NCBI GenBank assembly: GCA_027460535.1
Contig: JAPZAR010000009.1
Span: 47,819-79,818, forward strand
Source: Candidatus Methanoperedens sp.
GTDB lineage: Archaea > Halobacteriota > Methanosarcinia > Methanosarcinales > Methanoperedenaceae
Length of the DNA stretch: 32,000 nt
Reading direction: 5' to 3'
In this document: positions 17,352-28,600 of the stretch, one piece after another
Layout of the letters: each line of letters starts with the position of its first letter
Numbering within the stretch: the first letter of the stretch is position 1
Notes under the pieces: model-generated
Databases searched by the model: none
Seen by the model: the letters and a program-made list of their open reading frames with translations, nothing else
Told to the model about the DNA's origin: nothing
Position numbers and translations under genes: made by a program

Positions 17352-17608
17352 GTACGTTTCCTCCTCCTTTTATAATTATTATGATGAGTATCATAAATTA
17401 ATAGACACAATAGAATTTAAACTTTACGCTTTGAAGCTTTGAGCCTAAAAGGTTTTCTCGCTGATTTTTGTGCAGATAATGGGGATTTTATGGTAGAATT
17501 TGCCTCCAGTTCTTCCACTAATTTCATTCCTGTCAATTTTAAGAGAGTTATATTTATATATTTACAATGCCAATGTCATCATAATACTTATTATAACAAT
17601 GTGGTAAT

Positions 17609-18010
17609 ATGGATAAAGAAATCTGCACCTGTCCAAAATGCGGTAATCAAGATAACATTTGGCATGGTTACAGATACAACAAATCCGGGGAAAAAAGACT
17701 GAGGAAATGCAAAGGCTGCGGTACAAAATTCACTCCAGATGATGGATTCCTGAGACGGCGTTTCCGGAAAGAGCATATCAAGGAGGCGGTCTCCCTTCGC
17801 CAGAGCGGTCTTTCGCTGGGCAAGGTTAAGGAGCATATGCAGCAGCGCCACGGGATTGAGGTTTCGCGATGGATGATTAGTCTGTGGTGCCGGGATTATT
17901 TCAGGAGTATGGATAAATTCACTGAAACAGTTATGCCAGATATAAAAGGAAATGCGCATGCTGGAGACGTAATTGTGATCAAGGATAACAGAAACTTGGA
18001 TGAGATATGA
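17609..18010 (+). CDS. Zn-ribbon + HTH protein resembling the N-terminal DNA-binding part of IS1/IS6-type transposases; no DDE domain
   Basis: CPKCGNQDNIWHGYRYNKSGEKRLRKCKGCGTKFT is a CxxC...CxxC zinc ribbon. It is followed by an HTH-like stretch (EAVSLRQSGLSLGKVKEHMQQRHGIEVSRWMISLWCRDY). The ORF ends at 133 aa near AHAGDVIVIK, roughly where the first catalytic D region (WHxDE) would sit in IS6-type enzymes. Confidence 0.5.
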   Translation: MDKEICTCPKCGNQDNIWHGYRYNKSGEKRLRKCKGCGTKFTPDDGFLRRRFRKEHIKEAVSLRQSGLSLGKVKEHMQQRHGIEVSRWMISLWCRDYFRSMDKFTETVMPDIKGNAHAGDVIVIKDNRNLDEI

Positions 18011-18052
18011 AGTCCAGAATTGTATTTATAAAGAAAATCGGAGGATTAGAAT

Positions 18053-19648
18053 ATGAAAGGAAATTATAAAATTGGAATTGCAGTTTTACTGTTGGTTACG
18101 ATAACAGCAGCGTCGGCAGCTACACAGATCGGAGACAATATAACTGTTGCGAATAACGTCACAGCACAGAACTTTATAGGTAATTTAAATTGGGCATATT
18201 TATTAGGAATTCCTACAGATTTTCCGAACTCGACAGCGGTAACAGCAAACAATACAGCGAATGGTGCTGTTCAAACTTCGCTTTATAATGGCGACTTCCC
18301 GAATACCTCTTTGCCGAATTATCTTTTGATTTCAACATACGGTACCGACTTCCCGAACTTGACAGCAGTAACAGCAAACAATACAGCGAATGGTGCTGTT
18401 CAGACTTCGCTTTATAATGGCGACTTCCCGAATACCTCTTTGCCGAATTATCTTTTGATTTCAACATACGGTACCGACTTCCCGAACTCGACAGCAGTAA
18501 CAGCAAACAACACAGCGAATGGTGCTGTTCAGACTTCGCTTTATAATGGCGACTTCCCGAATACTTCCTTGCCGAATTATCTTTTGATTTCAACATACGG
18601 TACCGACTTCCCGAACTCGACAGCAGTAACAGCAAACAACACAGCGAATGGTGCTGTTCAAACTTCGCTTTATAATGGCAACTTCCCGAATACCTCTTTG
18701 CCTAATTATCTTTTGATTTCAACATACGGTACCGACTTCCCGAACTCGACAGCAGTAACAGCAAACAACACAGCGAATGGTGCTGTTCAAACTTCACTTT
18801 ATAATGGCAACTTCCCGAACAGTTCTGTCCTGACAAAAGAACCGGCAATCACAGGCTCAACCTCAAATACTTTTTGGAATGGATTAAAACAATTTGTTAC
18901 TCTATCAAGCGGATTGATTACTGATTTTTCAGCAGCGGTAAGAACAAATATATCAGCAACAGGTAATGCTACTTACAACTCAGCCACCGGAGTGATTGAT
19001 GCTCTTACCAATATAACAGCAGTAAGGACTTCAATATCAGCAACAGGCAATGCTACTTATAATTCATCGACTGGTGTAATTGACGCATTAACTAACATCA
19101 CTGCAGTAAGGAATTCAATATCATCAAGCAGCGGGCTTGTATCTTATAATTCTTCGACAGGAGTAGTATCGGATAGCATCAATTCATCTGCAAATCTGTA
19201 TAATATAAATGGCAGTAATGTAACAAGTGGCAAAGTAAATAGTCAATTCCTTAATATAACCAATATTACGTCGTATTTATCTAGTAATAAAGTTACACCA
19301 AACAACAACGTATACGTTGTCGGGCCTACCATAAATCTTCAAGCCGGCACATGGTTTCTTAATGGAGGAGTTACAGTATCCGAAGTCGGAGGTGCTGGTT
19401 CACTAAAAGTAGTAACGTGTAATATGTCACAAGGTGGCACAAATGTAATATCTTCAGGTGAAGCTGCTAGCAATGCCGTACCAGCGGTAATCCAATTGTC
19501 CGGGCTTATATCCCTTAGTTCACCAGCTACCGCACAGATTGCTTGTGCCGGTGGTGCTCAAAATGCAACTATCTATGCGGCTGTACCTGATAATGCTGGA
19601 GGAGCAGGAAATACTGCAAGCTATATTACAGCGCTAAGGATCGGATAA
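18053..19648 (+). CDS. Secreted repeat protein, tail-fibre/adhesin-like
   Basis: cGGAGGA Shine-Dalgarno 7 nt upstream. Signal peptide MKGNYKIGIAVLLLVTITAASAATQ. The protein has 4.7 x 43-aa repeats and 3 x 28-aa repeats (AVRTxISATGNATYNSxTGVIDALTNIT). The C-terminal ~130 aa is Gly/Ala/Ser-rich, probably a beta domain, and ends ASYITALRIG. Confidence 0.75.
   Translation: MKGNYKIGIAVLLLVTITAASAATQIGDNITVANNVTAQNFIGNLNWAYLLGIPTDFPNSTAVTANNTANGAVQTSLYNGDFPNTSLPNYLLISTYGTDFPNLTAVTANNTANGAVQTSLYNGDFPNTSLPNYLLISTYGTDFPNSTAVTANNTANGAVQTSLYNGDFPNTSLPNYLLISTYGTDFPNSTAVTANNTANGAVQTSLYNGNFPNTSLPNYLLISTYGTDFPNSTAVTANNTANGAVQTSLYNGNFPNSSVLTKEPAITGSTSNTFWNGLKQFVTLSSGLITDFSAAVRTNISATGNATYNSATGVIDALTNITAVRTSISATGNATYNSSTGVIDALTNITAVRNSISSSSGLVSYNSSTGVVSDSINSSANLYNINGSNVTSGKVNSQFLNITNITSYLSSNKVTPNNNVYVVGPTINLQAGTWFLNGGVTVSEVGGAGSLKVVTCNMSQGGTNVISSGEAASNAVPAVIQLSGLISLSSPATAQIACAGGAQNATIYAAVPDNAGGAGNTASYITALRIG
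18221..18825 (+). repeat. In-frame tandem repeat, 129-bp unit x ~4.7
   Basis: Unit starts (ttcccgaact) fall at 18221, 18350, 18479, 18608 and 18737, an exact 129-bp spacing. Only a few substitutions separate the units. The encoded unit is FPNSTAVTANNTANGAVQTSLYNG(D/N)FPNTSLPNYLLISTYGTD. Confidence 0.9.
18935..19186 (+). repeat. In-frame tandem repeat, 84-bp unit x 3
   Basis: Units begin at 18935, 19019 and 19103 (gc[g/a]gtaag[a/g]...). The third copy is more divergent. Confidence 0.85.
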
Positions 19649-19689
19649 GGTTTGGTCTTTGATGGATAAACTTGTCATATAAAAATAAT

Positions 19690-22600
19690 ATGAGACTGTT
19701 TATTTATTTGATAGGCATTGCATTGATAATCGGAGTAGCTTCGGCTGACGTCAGCATTGTAGACGACACTCTTTTCAACCTCGGCAATGGTGCCTTCATT
19801 AAAGTCCTTGCAGTCCAGAACTCGACAAACATCACCGTATACAGTTCAACAAATTCACCGGCATCCACGCTCCAGTTTTACATCAACGGCACAGCGATAA
19901 GATTCACCGCAAACACCAATAAAACGCTCTCAAATATTTCTTATGATAATGCGACCGATGTCGTAACATACACCGGGAATGGCACTGATGGCTATCTCAA
20001 TGTATCGACGCGAATGCAAGTATCATCGGTAAATTATGGATTGAAGGTTGACGGAGTTGTTGACCAAAGGCAACAATCCAATGCTACCGGGTGGGTGACA
20101 TTCAATTACACAGGATGGAGCCCGAATCTGCATGTCTTTGAAATATCGAATCGAACATATATTCCTCCAGCACCCACGAACCTGATCAATGTCAGCGATA
20201 ACTTTTATGTGAACCACAGCTGGCAGGCAGGATCAGGAAACATAACGGATTCGTACAATGTAAGCGTCAATGGTACCTGGCATAATGGTGCAAACAGTAC
20301 CTATTACAATAATTCAGGTTTAGCTCCACACGGCTGGAGCAACATCTCGGTATATTCATACAACAGTTCAGGTACAGGCACGATGAACACCACGGCTGTA
20401 TCCCAGAACACCCGGGTCCCGGATAATCCAGTAACGATAACTAATATTTCAGATTCATATAATCTCAATGACAGTGAGACTCTTTACATAGCTGCGAATT
20501 GCACTGACATAGACGGCGACACATGCATTTTTAATAGGAATTTCACTCAAGGGACATTCGATTCATCTACGGGAATACTCAACTGGCAGGCAGGATACGG
20601 AAATTATAGCTGGCAGATTAACGTCACTGATGGGTTTGGTTCAGTTTCCAGGAAGAATTTCACAGTTGCGGTAAACGACATCCACCCCCCATCGCAGGTA
20701 ACTAATTTTCATAACTCTACCATCCCAACTGCGGATTCAGTCAATGTTGCATGGAACGCAAGCAATGACGGTGCAAACGGCTCTGGGATTAAGGAATACA
20801 GAATTGAGCGAACCAATGAATCGTTCAATTACATGACCATTGATAGGCCCATAATAAATGCAACTGGAATAGCATCGGGGTACGAGAACGATTCTTACTG
20901 GTATACTTTCAAGACCAATGAACCGGTTAACTGTCAGGGATGCCACGTCAATGGAAGGACGAGAATAGGCAATTTCTGGACCAAATACAATACAACGTAC
21001 CTCTACGTGATGGTGCATGCACCGGATAACGACACAAATATAAGCGATGATAACATAAGTCTTGCATTCGACGTGAACAGGGATAGTGGCACAGCTCCGC
21101 AGCCGGATGACCAGATGTATGAAATTACTGAGCAGAACAACCTTCTCCGCTATACAGGCAACGGCACAGATTGGGTCGCAAACAGTACCAGTGCTGTAAG
21201 TGCCGTAGCGGGTGCAGGTTCAAAAGCGCCAGTATATGAGATAAGAATTCCACTATCTGAAATAGGCAGCCCTTCTAATAACACGCCTATAAATTTCTTA
21301 TTTGAGAACGTATGTACCGGCAGCGGTGATTTTATAGAGAGGCACACATATTTCCCGAAAAACCCAAACGCCAGCGAAAAGGATCCAAGTTCGTGGGGAT
21401 TGATAACATTCAGGAGCCTCACGGATTATGTTCAGATAGCCAATCCATCAGGAACTTCTTATATGATTGCGGATCTAAAGGATGGTTTCAGGTATGACTT
21501 CACAGCTAAGGCCGTGGATAATGTCGGCAATACAGGTCAGCGTTCAGACCCATTGATTATTCAGACTGCGGGAGATCTCGGTTACAATATCTCAGGGTAC
21601 GTTTTTAATTACCTTGGAAATCCAATACCAAATGTTCGTGTCCAGACGCCCAAAGACTATATCGTAAGTTCGCATTCAAATGGCGATTATTTCTTAGAAG
21701 AGCTGATTAATTTTACTTATGATGTTACTGCAAGCAGCGGAGTTTACAGCAGCGATATCACACAAGTTACAGTAAATGGCGCTGATGTTCATAATGTCAA
21801 TATCACAATTCCGCATATTACAGTAAACGCCACAGACTTGGTCACTGCATGCGGGAATTTCTATTGCAACTCAACATGGACTGCTGGAGGTAACACTACA
21901 TCGTTTAATATAAGCCAAAATGAAACCTGGTATAATGGCACTACCAATAATTATTTTAACGTCTCGATCAGCCCGCATGAATACAGCAATATCACAGTGT
22001 CTGGTTACAATGACTATACGACAGCTCTTAGTATTGGAAGTGTAACGCAGAACACTTCAATCCAGAACAATCCTGTTACAATAGGCAACATATCAGATAA
22101 CTATTCATTGATCGAAGGGCAAACCCTCATCATATATCCAAATTCAACCGATGCGGACAGTGACACTCCGACGTTTGCCAGGAATTTCACGAACGGTACG
22201 TTCTACACGAATAACGGCACAATGCTCTGGACGACTACGGGCAGCGATATAGGCATTCATTCCTGGCAGATAAACGTGACTGATGGGTATGGTTCGGTTT
22301 CCTCTGCAAATTTCACGGTAACCGTGAATTCATTCGAAGTGAGCCTGACAAATATATCTGCTTTAACAAATACTACTTTTGCAGGAACAAATGCGATCTA
22401 TATTCTCAATCTGACCAATAACGGTACAGCAGGAGCGGATACGTATAATCTCACGATCGATAATACAAACGGAGCATCCGCTTCCTTGAACGTCTCCCCG
22501 GATTTTGTGTATGTGCCTCAAGCCGGAAGCGTAATATTCGCACTCAATGTAACCAATGCATCGTCAGGAATATTCCGTGTCAATGTCACAGCAACCTCGG

Positions 22601-25600
22601 TGAATAACTCAAATAAGATTGCATACATCAATACCACAACGACTGTGAATGCTGTCAGGGCAGTCAGCCTGAGTGTGGATCCTACTGCAAGGACCACATC
22701 AGCTGGAACCAATGCAACCTACGTACTCAACATCACCAACAACGGCAGCGACCCGGATACCTATACTCTCCTTGTAACCAATGCCAGCAGTGCCTCCGTA
22801 GCATTGCTGAACATCTCCTCCCCAACATCCACGCTCGGTTCAGGTCAGAGCCTGATCCTCGCCCTTAACGTCACCAATACCTCTTCAGGCACATTCCTTG
22901 TGAATGTAACCGCAACCTCAAGCAGCGATGCCACGAAATTCGCCTATGTCAATACCACAACGACTGTGAATGCGGTCAGGGCAGTTAACCTGACCGTAAA
23001 TCCAAGCGAACAGGCAACATCCACAGGCACCAATGCCACCTATCTCCTCAACCTCACCAATAACGGTACTGATGCAGATACCTATACTCTCGTCGTTACT
23101 AACGCAAACAATGCATCAACCGCTTTGTTGAATACCTCATTGAGCCAGAGCCTGAATGCAGGGCAGAGCCTGATATTGGCTCTTAACGTGACCAATTCAT
23201 CAGCAGGTTCAGGTACTTTCAATGTAAATGTAAGTGCCACCTCAAGCGATCCTACTAAGTTCGCGTTCGTCAATACCACAACGACTGTGAATGCGGTCAG
23301 GGCAGCCAACCTGACCGTAAATCCAGGCGAACAGGCAACATCCACAGGCACCAATGCCACCTATATCCTCAACCTCACCAATAACGGTACTGATGCAGAT
23401 ACCTATACTCTCCTTGTAACCAATTCCAGCAGTGCCTCCGTAGCATTGCTGAACATCTCCTCCCCAACATCAACGCTCAGTCCGGGTCAGAGCCTGATCT
23501 TCGCCCTTAACGTCACCAATGCCTCTTTGGGCACATTCCTTGTGAATGTAACCGCAACGTCAAGCAACGATGCCACGAAATTCGGCTATGTCAATACCAC
23601 CACGACTGTGAATGCGGTCAGGGCAGTCAGCCTTACAGTAAATACAGCCGCCCAGACAACATCTGCCGGAACCAATGCCACCTACGTACTCAACCTCACC
23701 AATAACGGTACTGATGCAGATACCTATACTCTCCTTGTAACCAATTCCAGCAGTGCCTCCGTAGCATTGCTGAACATCTCCTCCCCAACATCCATGCTCA
23801 GTCCGGGTCAGAGCCTGATCTTCGCCCTTAACGTGACCAATACCTCTTCGGGCACGTTCAAGGTGAATGTAACCGCAACCTCAAGCAGCGATGCCACGAA
23901 ATTCGCCTATGTCAATACCACAACGACTGTGAATGCTGTCAGGGCTGTTAGTTTAAGCATAGATGCTCCTTCAAAGGACACCGATGCCGGCGTGAATGCC
24001 ACCTACGTGCTCAATCTTACCAATAACGGCAGCGACCCGGATTCCTATGCCTTGCTGGTAACCAACGCGAGCAATGCCTCTGTAGCGGCTCTCAATATCT
24101 CCTCGCCCACTTCTACGCTCAGTCCGGGTCAGAGCCTGATCTTCGCCCTTAACGTGACCAATACCTCTTCGGGTACGTTCAAGGTGAATGTAACCGCAAT
24201 CTCGCAGGGCAACAATTCGAAGTTCGCCAGCGTGAATACCACAACTGTGATGGGTGCTATCCGGGGTGTCAGTTTAAGCATAGACGCTCCTTCAAAGAGC
24301 ACCGACGCCGGCGTGAATGCCACCTACGTGCTCAATCTTACCAATAACGGTACTGATGCGGATACCTATACTCTCCTTGTAACCAATTCCAGCAGTGCTT
24401 CCGTAGCATTGCTGAACATCTCCTCCCCAACATCCACGCTCGGTTCAGGTCAGAGCCTGATCTTCGCCCTTAACGTCACCAATACTTCTTCGGGTAACTT
24501 CAGCGTCAATGTAACCGCAACCTCAAGCATCAATGCCACAAAATTCGCCTATGTCAATACCACAACGGCTGTGAATGCGGTCAGGGCAGTCAGCCTGACC
24601 ATCAATACAACTGCCCAGACAACATCAGCCGGAACCAATGCCACCTATATCCTCAACCTCACCAATAACGGTACTGATGCAGATACCTATACTCTCATCG
24701 TTACTAACGCAAACAGTGCCTCAACCGCTCTTCTGAATACCTCATTGAGCCAGAGCCTGAATGCAGGACAGAGTGTTATATTCGCCCTTAACGTCACCAA
24801 TACCTCCTCAGGCACATTCCTCGTGAATGTAACCGCAACCTCAGGCAACGATGCCACAAAATTCGCCTATGTCAATACCACCACGATTGTGAATGCAGTC
24901 CCGACTTACATACCTCCGACCCCGACAGATTTATCGAGCACTCAGGGTAATTTCTGGATAAACTACACATGGAGTGCAGGGAGCGGGAGCGTAACGGATT
25001 CATACAATGTAAGCGTCAACGGCACATGGCATAACGGAACAAACAGTACCTATTACAATAATTCAGGTTTAGCTCCACATGGCTGGAGCAACATCTCGGT
25101 CTATTCCTTCAACAATTCAGGCACGGGCACGCTGAACAGCACTGCCGTATCCCAGAACACCCGGGTGCCGAACAACGTACCTGTCCAGGCATCGATCGGC
25201 AACAAGAACGTGTACGAGAACGAGACATTGAGCTTCACGGTCTCTGCAACAGACGCAGACGGCGATACCATGACCTTCGGCACCAATGCATCAAAAGGCA
25301 GCCTCAATACAACAACAGGCTTATTCACCTGGACGCCCACGTTCGGGGACTCAGGGATTTACGTCTGGTACTTCAATTCAAGCGACGGGTACGAAGGTAT
25401 AGCGACTGAAACCATAACAGTGACCGTGAACAATATCCCATTAACAATCACCTCGCGTTCACCCGGCACCGACCCGACCACAATCGTAGATACAGGTCAG
25501 ACCTTCACTGTAAACCTGAACAGGAGTGCAAACGTCACCTGGTACATCAACGGCATATCTGTCCAGGGAAACACCAGCATAACCTCGGCAAGCTATACCA

Positions 25601-28600
25601 ACCTAACTTCCGGTGTGGGTGTGCATAACCTAACAGCAATGGTATCCGATGCTTTCGATACCACTCCAACCATGTGGAACTGGACTGTAACTGCATTCCC
25701 GACCCACATGCCCCCGACCCCTTCCAATCTTACCAGCAGCACAGGATATTACTTCGTGAACCACAGCTGGCAGGCAGGAGACGGGAACGTAACGGACAGC
25801 TATAACGTCAGCGTAAACGGCACATGGCAAAACGACACGACCGGTACCTATTACAACAATTCAGGGTTGTCTGCACACGGTTGGAGCAACATCTCGGTCT
25901 ATTCCTTCAACACTTCAGGCACAGGAGCCCTTAACGAAACCCCGGTAACCGCAAATACCCAGGTTCCCAACAACGTTCCTGTCCTCACACCAATCGTAGA
26001 TAAAGTCGTGACTGCAGGCATCTGGCTGAATTTCACAGTCGTTGCGACGGATGCAGACGGCGATCCTTTAACCTACGGCACCAATGCCACCAGGGGAGCA
26101 CTCGATCCTGCATCAGGTAACTTTAACTGGTCAACCACAGGCAGCGATGTGGGAACCTATGTGTGGTACTTCAGCTCAAGTGATACCTACGGCGGTGTTG
26201 CATCAGGAACAATAACAGTGACCGTGACTGCTGCTCCCACGTATCTCCCGCCAAGCCCGGTGAACCTTGCCAGCACCACAGGGAATTTCTATGTCAACCA
26301 TACCTGGAATGCAGGCTCAGGAAACGTAACCCACAGCTATAAAGTGAGTGTGAATGGTACATTTCAAAATATTGGGTTGAACTGGAGTGCTGGTATCCCA
26401 GTGGGAGTTGGTATTCTTGCATTGACTTATGCTGGAAACGGAACTGTTATCGCTGGTGATTACTCTAATGGTAATATTTATCGTTCAACAGACTATGGTC
26501 AAACCTGGGGTGCTGGTATTTCAGTTGGAAGTAGTATTGGTGGACTAACCTATACTGGCAACGGGGTTATTATCGCTGCTGATAGCAATAACGGTAATAT
26601 TTATCGTTCGACAGACTATGGTCAAACCTGGAGTGCTGGTATTCCAGTCGGGAGTGCTATTTTTGAATTGACGTATGCTGAAAACGGAACAGTTATCGCT
26701 GCTGATAGCAATAACGGTAATATTTATCGTTCAACCGACTATGGTCAAACCTGGAGTGCTGGTATTCCAGTTGGGAGTGTTTATTATGCATCGACTTATG
26801 CCGGAAACGGAACTGTTATCGCTGGTGATTATGCCAATGGTAATATTTATCGTTCCACAGACTATGGTCAAACCTGGAGTGCTGGTATTCCAGTCGGGAG
26901 TAGTATTGGTGTAATAACCTACGCTGGAAACGGAATTGTATTCGCTGCTGATAGCAATAACGGTAATATCTATCGTTCAACCGATTATGGTCAAACCTGG
27001 AGTGCTGGTATTCCAGTCGGGAGTGTTATTTTTGCATTGACTTATGCAGGCAACGGAATTGTTATCGCTGGTGAGGACAGTGACGGTGATATTTATCGTT
27101 CAACCGACTATGGTCAAACCTGGAGTGCTGATATTCTAGTCGGGAGTGGTATTGATGGGATAATCTATATTGGAAATGGAATTGTTATCGCTGGTGATTA
27201 CAAAAACGGTAATATTTATCGTTCGGATCCTACCTATACTACGCATACCTATTACAACAATTCAGGGTTGTCTGCACACGGATGGAGCAACATCTCGGTC
27301 TATTCCTTCAACAATTCAGGCACAGGAACCCTTAACGAAACCCCGGTAACCGCAAACACCCAGGTTCCCAACAATCCGGTCTCGATAGGGAATGTATCGA
27401 GCAGCTACACATTAACCGCGGGTGACATGTTATCGATATATCCGACTTCGAGCGATCTGGACGGCGACACTCCCACGTTTGCCAGTAATTTCACCAACGG
27501 TACGTTCTACGCGAATAACGGCACACTGTTCTGGACGACAACGGGCAGCGATGAAGGCATCCATTCCTGGCAGATAAACGTGACAGACGGGTACGGGTCG
27601 GTCTCCTTTGCAAATTTCACGGTAACCGTGACCGCAGTACTTGCACCCAACATCACTTCCTGGGGCAATAACAAGACCAACAATGAGAGCTTGACTTTAA
27701 CCCTGAACAATAGCGAAGGCATAAGGTTCAATGCCACTGCAAACCAGAGTATAACCACATGGACATGGTTCCAGGACGACGTTAACCAGAACAATAACTA
27801 TGACAATTTCTCAACCAGCCTCACTGGCGGAAATCATACCATTAAAGTCAATGCAACCAATGGTAACGGGGTAAGCAATACTATTACCTGGATTGTTACG
27901 ATAACTCCAACGCCAACCATCTCACCGGTAATCACAGGCTTTGCTCCTTCTTCGCCCGTAATTGATATCGTGGGTGCAACTAGAACCTTCAACATCACCG
28001 TTAACCAGACCGTGAACGTAACCTGGTATGTCAACGGAACGCAGGCTCAGACAAATACGAGTGTGACTAATGCAGGTTATACCAACGCCAGTGCAGGACT
28101 TGGCGTATGGAACGTAACAGCCACTGCAGCCAATTCCAATGGTGTCGTATCACAGGTATGGATATGGAATGTGACAGCAGCACCGAGTGGAGCACCTAAC
28201 ATAACCAGTTTTGCTCCTTCTTCGCCCGTAAATGATATCGTGGGTGTAACTAGAATATTCAACATCACCGTTAACCAGACCGTGAACGTAACCTGGTACA
28301 TCAACGGAACGCAGGCTCAGACCAATATCAGTGTGACCGATGCCAGTTATACCAACACCAGTGCAGTCCTTGGAGTATGGAACATATCAGCAAATGCAGC
28401 CAATTCCAATGGCGTTGTTTCACAGGCGTGGATCTGGAACGTGACAGCAGCCCCGACAGGAACACCTAATATAACCAGTTTTGCCCCGGCTTCGCCTGTA
28501 AACGATATCGTGGGTGCAACTAGAACATTCAACATCATCGTTAACCAGATCGTGAATATAACATGGTACATCAACGGAACTCAGGTTCAGACAAGTATGA

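Noticed and set aside
17560-18052. An intact insertion sequence around the transposase-like ORF
   Set aside because: There is no DDE catalytic domain. I could see no terminal inverted repeats or target-site duplications flanking 17609..18010.
18213-18635. A 140-aa minus-strand ORF with a striking internal repeat (...SSSGSRYRMLKSKDNSA...)
   Set aside because: It is the antisense shadow of the 129-bp coding repeats of 18053..19648. The plus-strand gene has a Shine-Dalgarno, a signal peptide and a continuous long frame. The periodicity of the minus ORF simply mirrors the repeat.
26380-27230. Regularly spaced direct repeats that could be mistaken for a CRISPR array (also 18221..18825)
   Set aside because: The units are contiguous with no unique spacers. 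They are 123 or 129 bp long, a multiple of three, and lie in frame within long ORFs encoding coherent protein repeats. No cas genes or leader are present.
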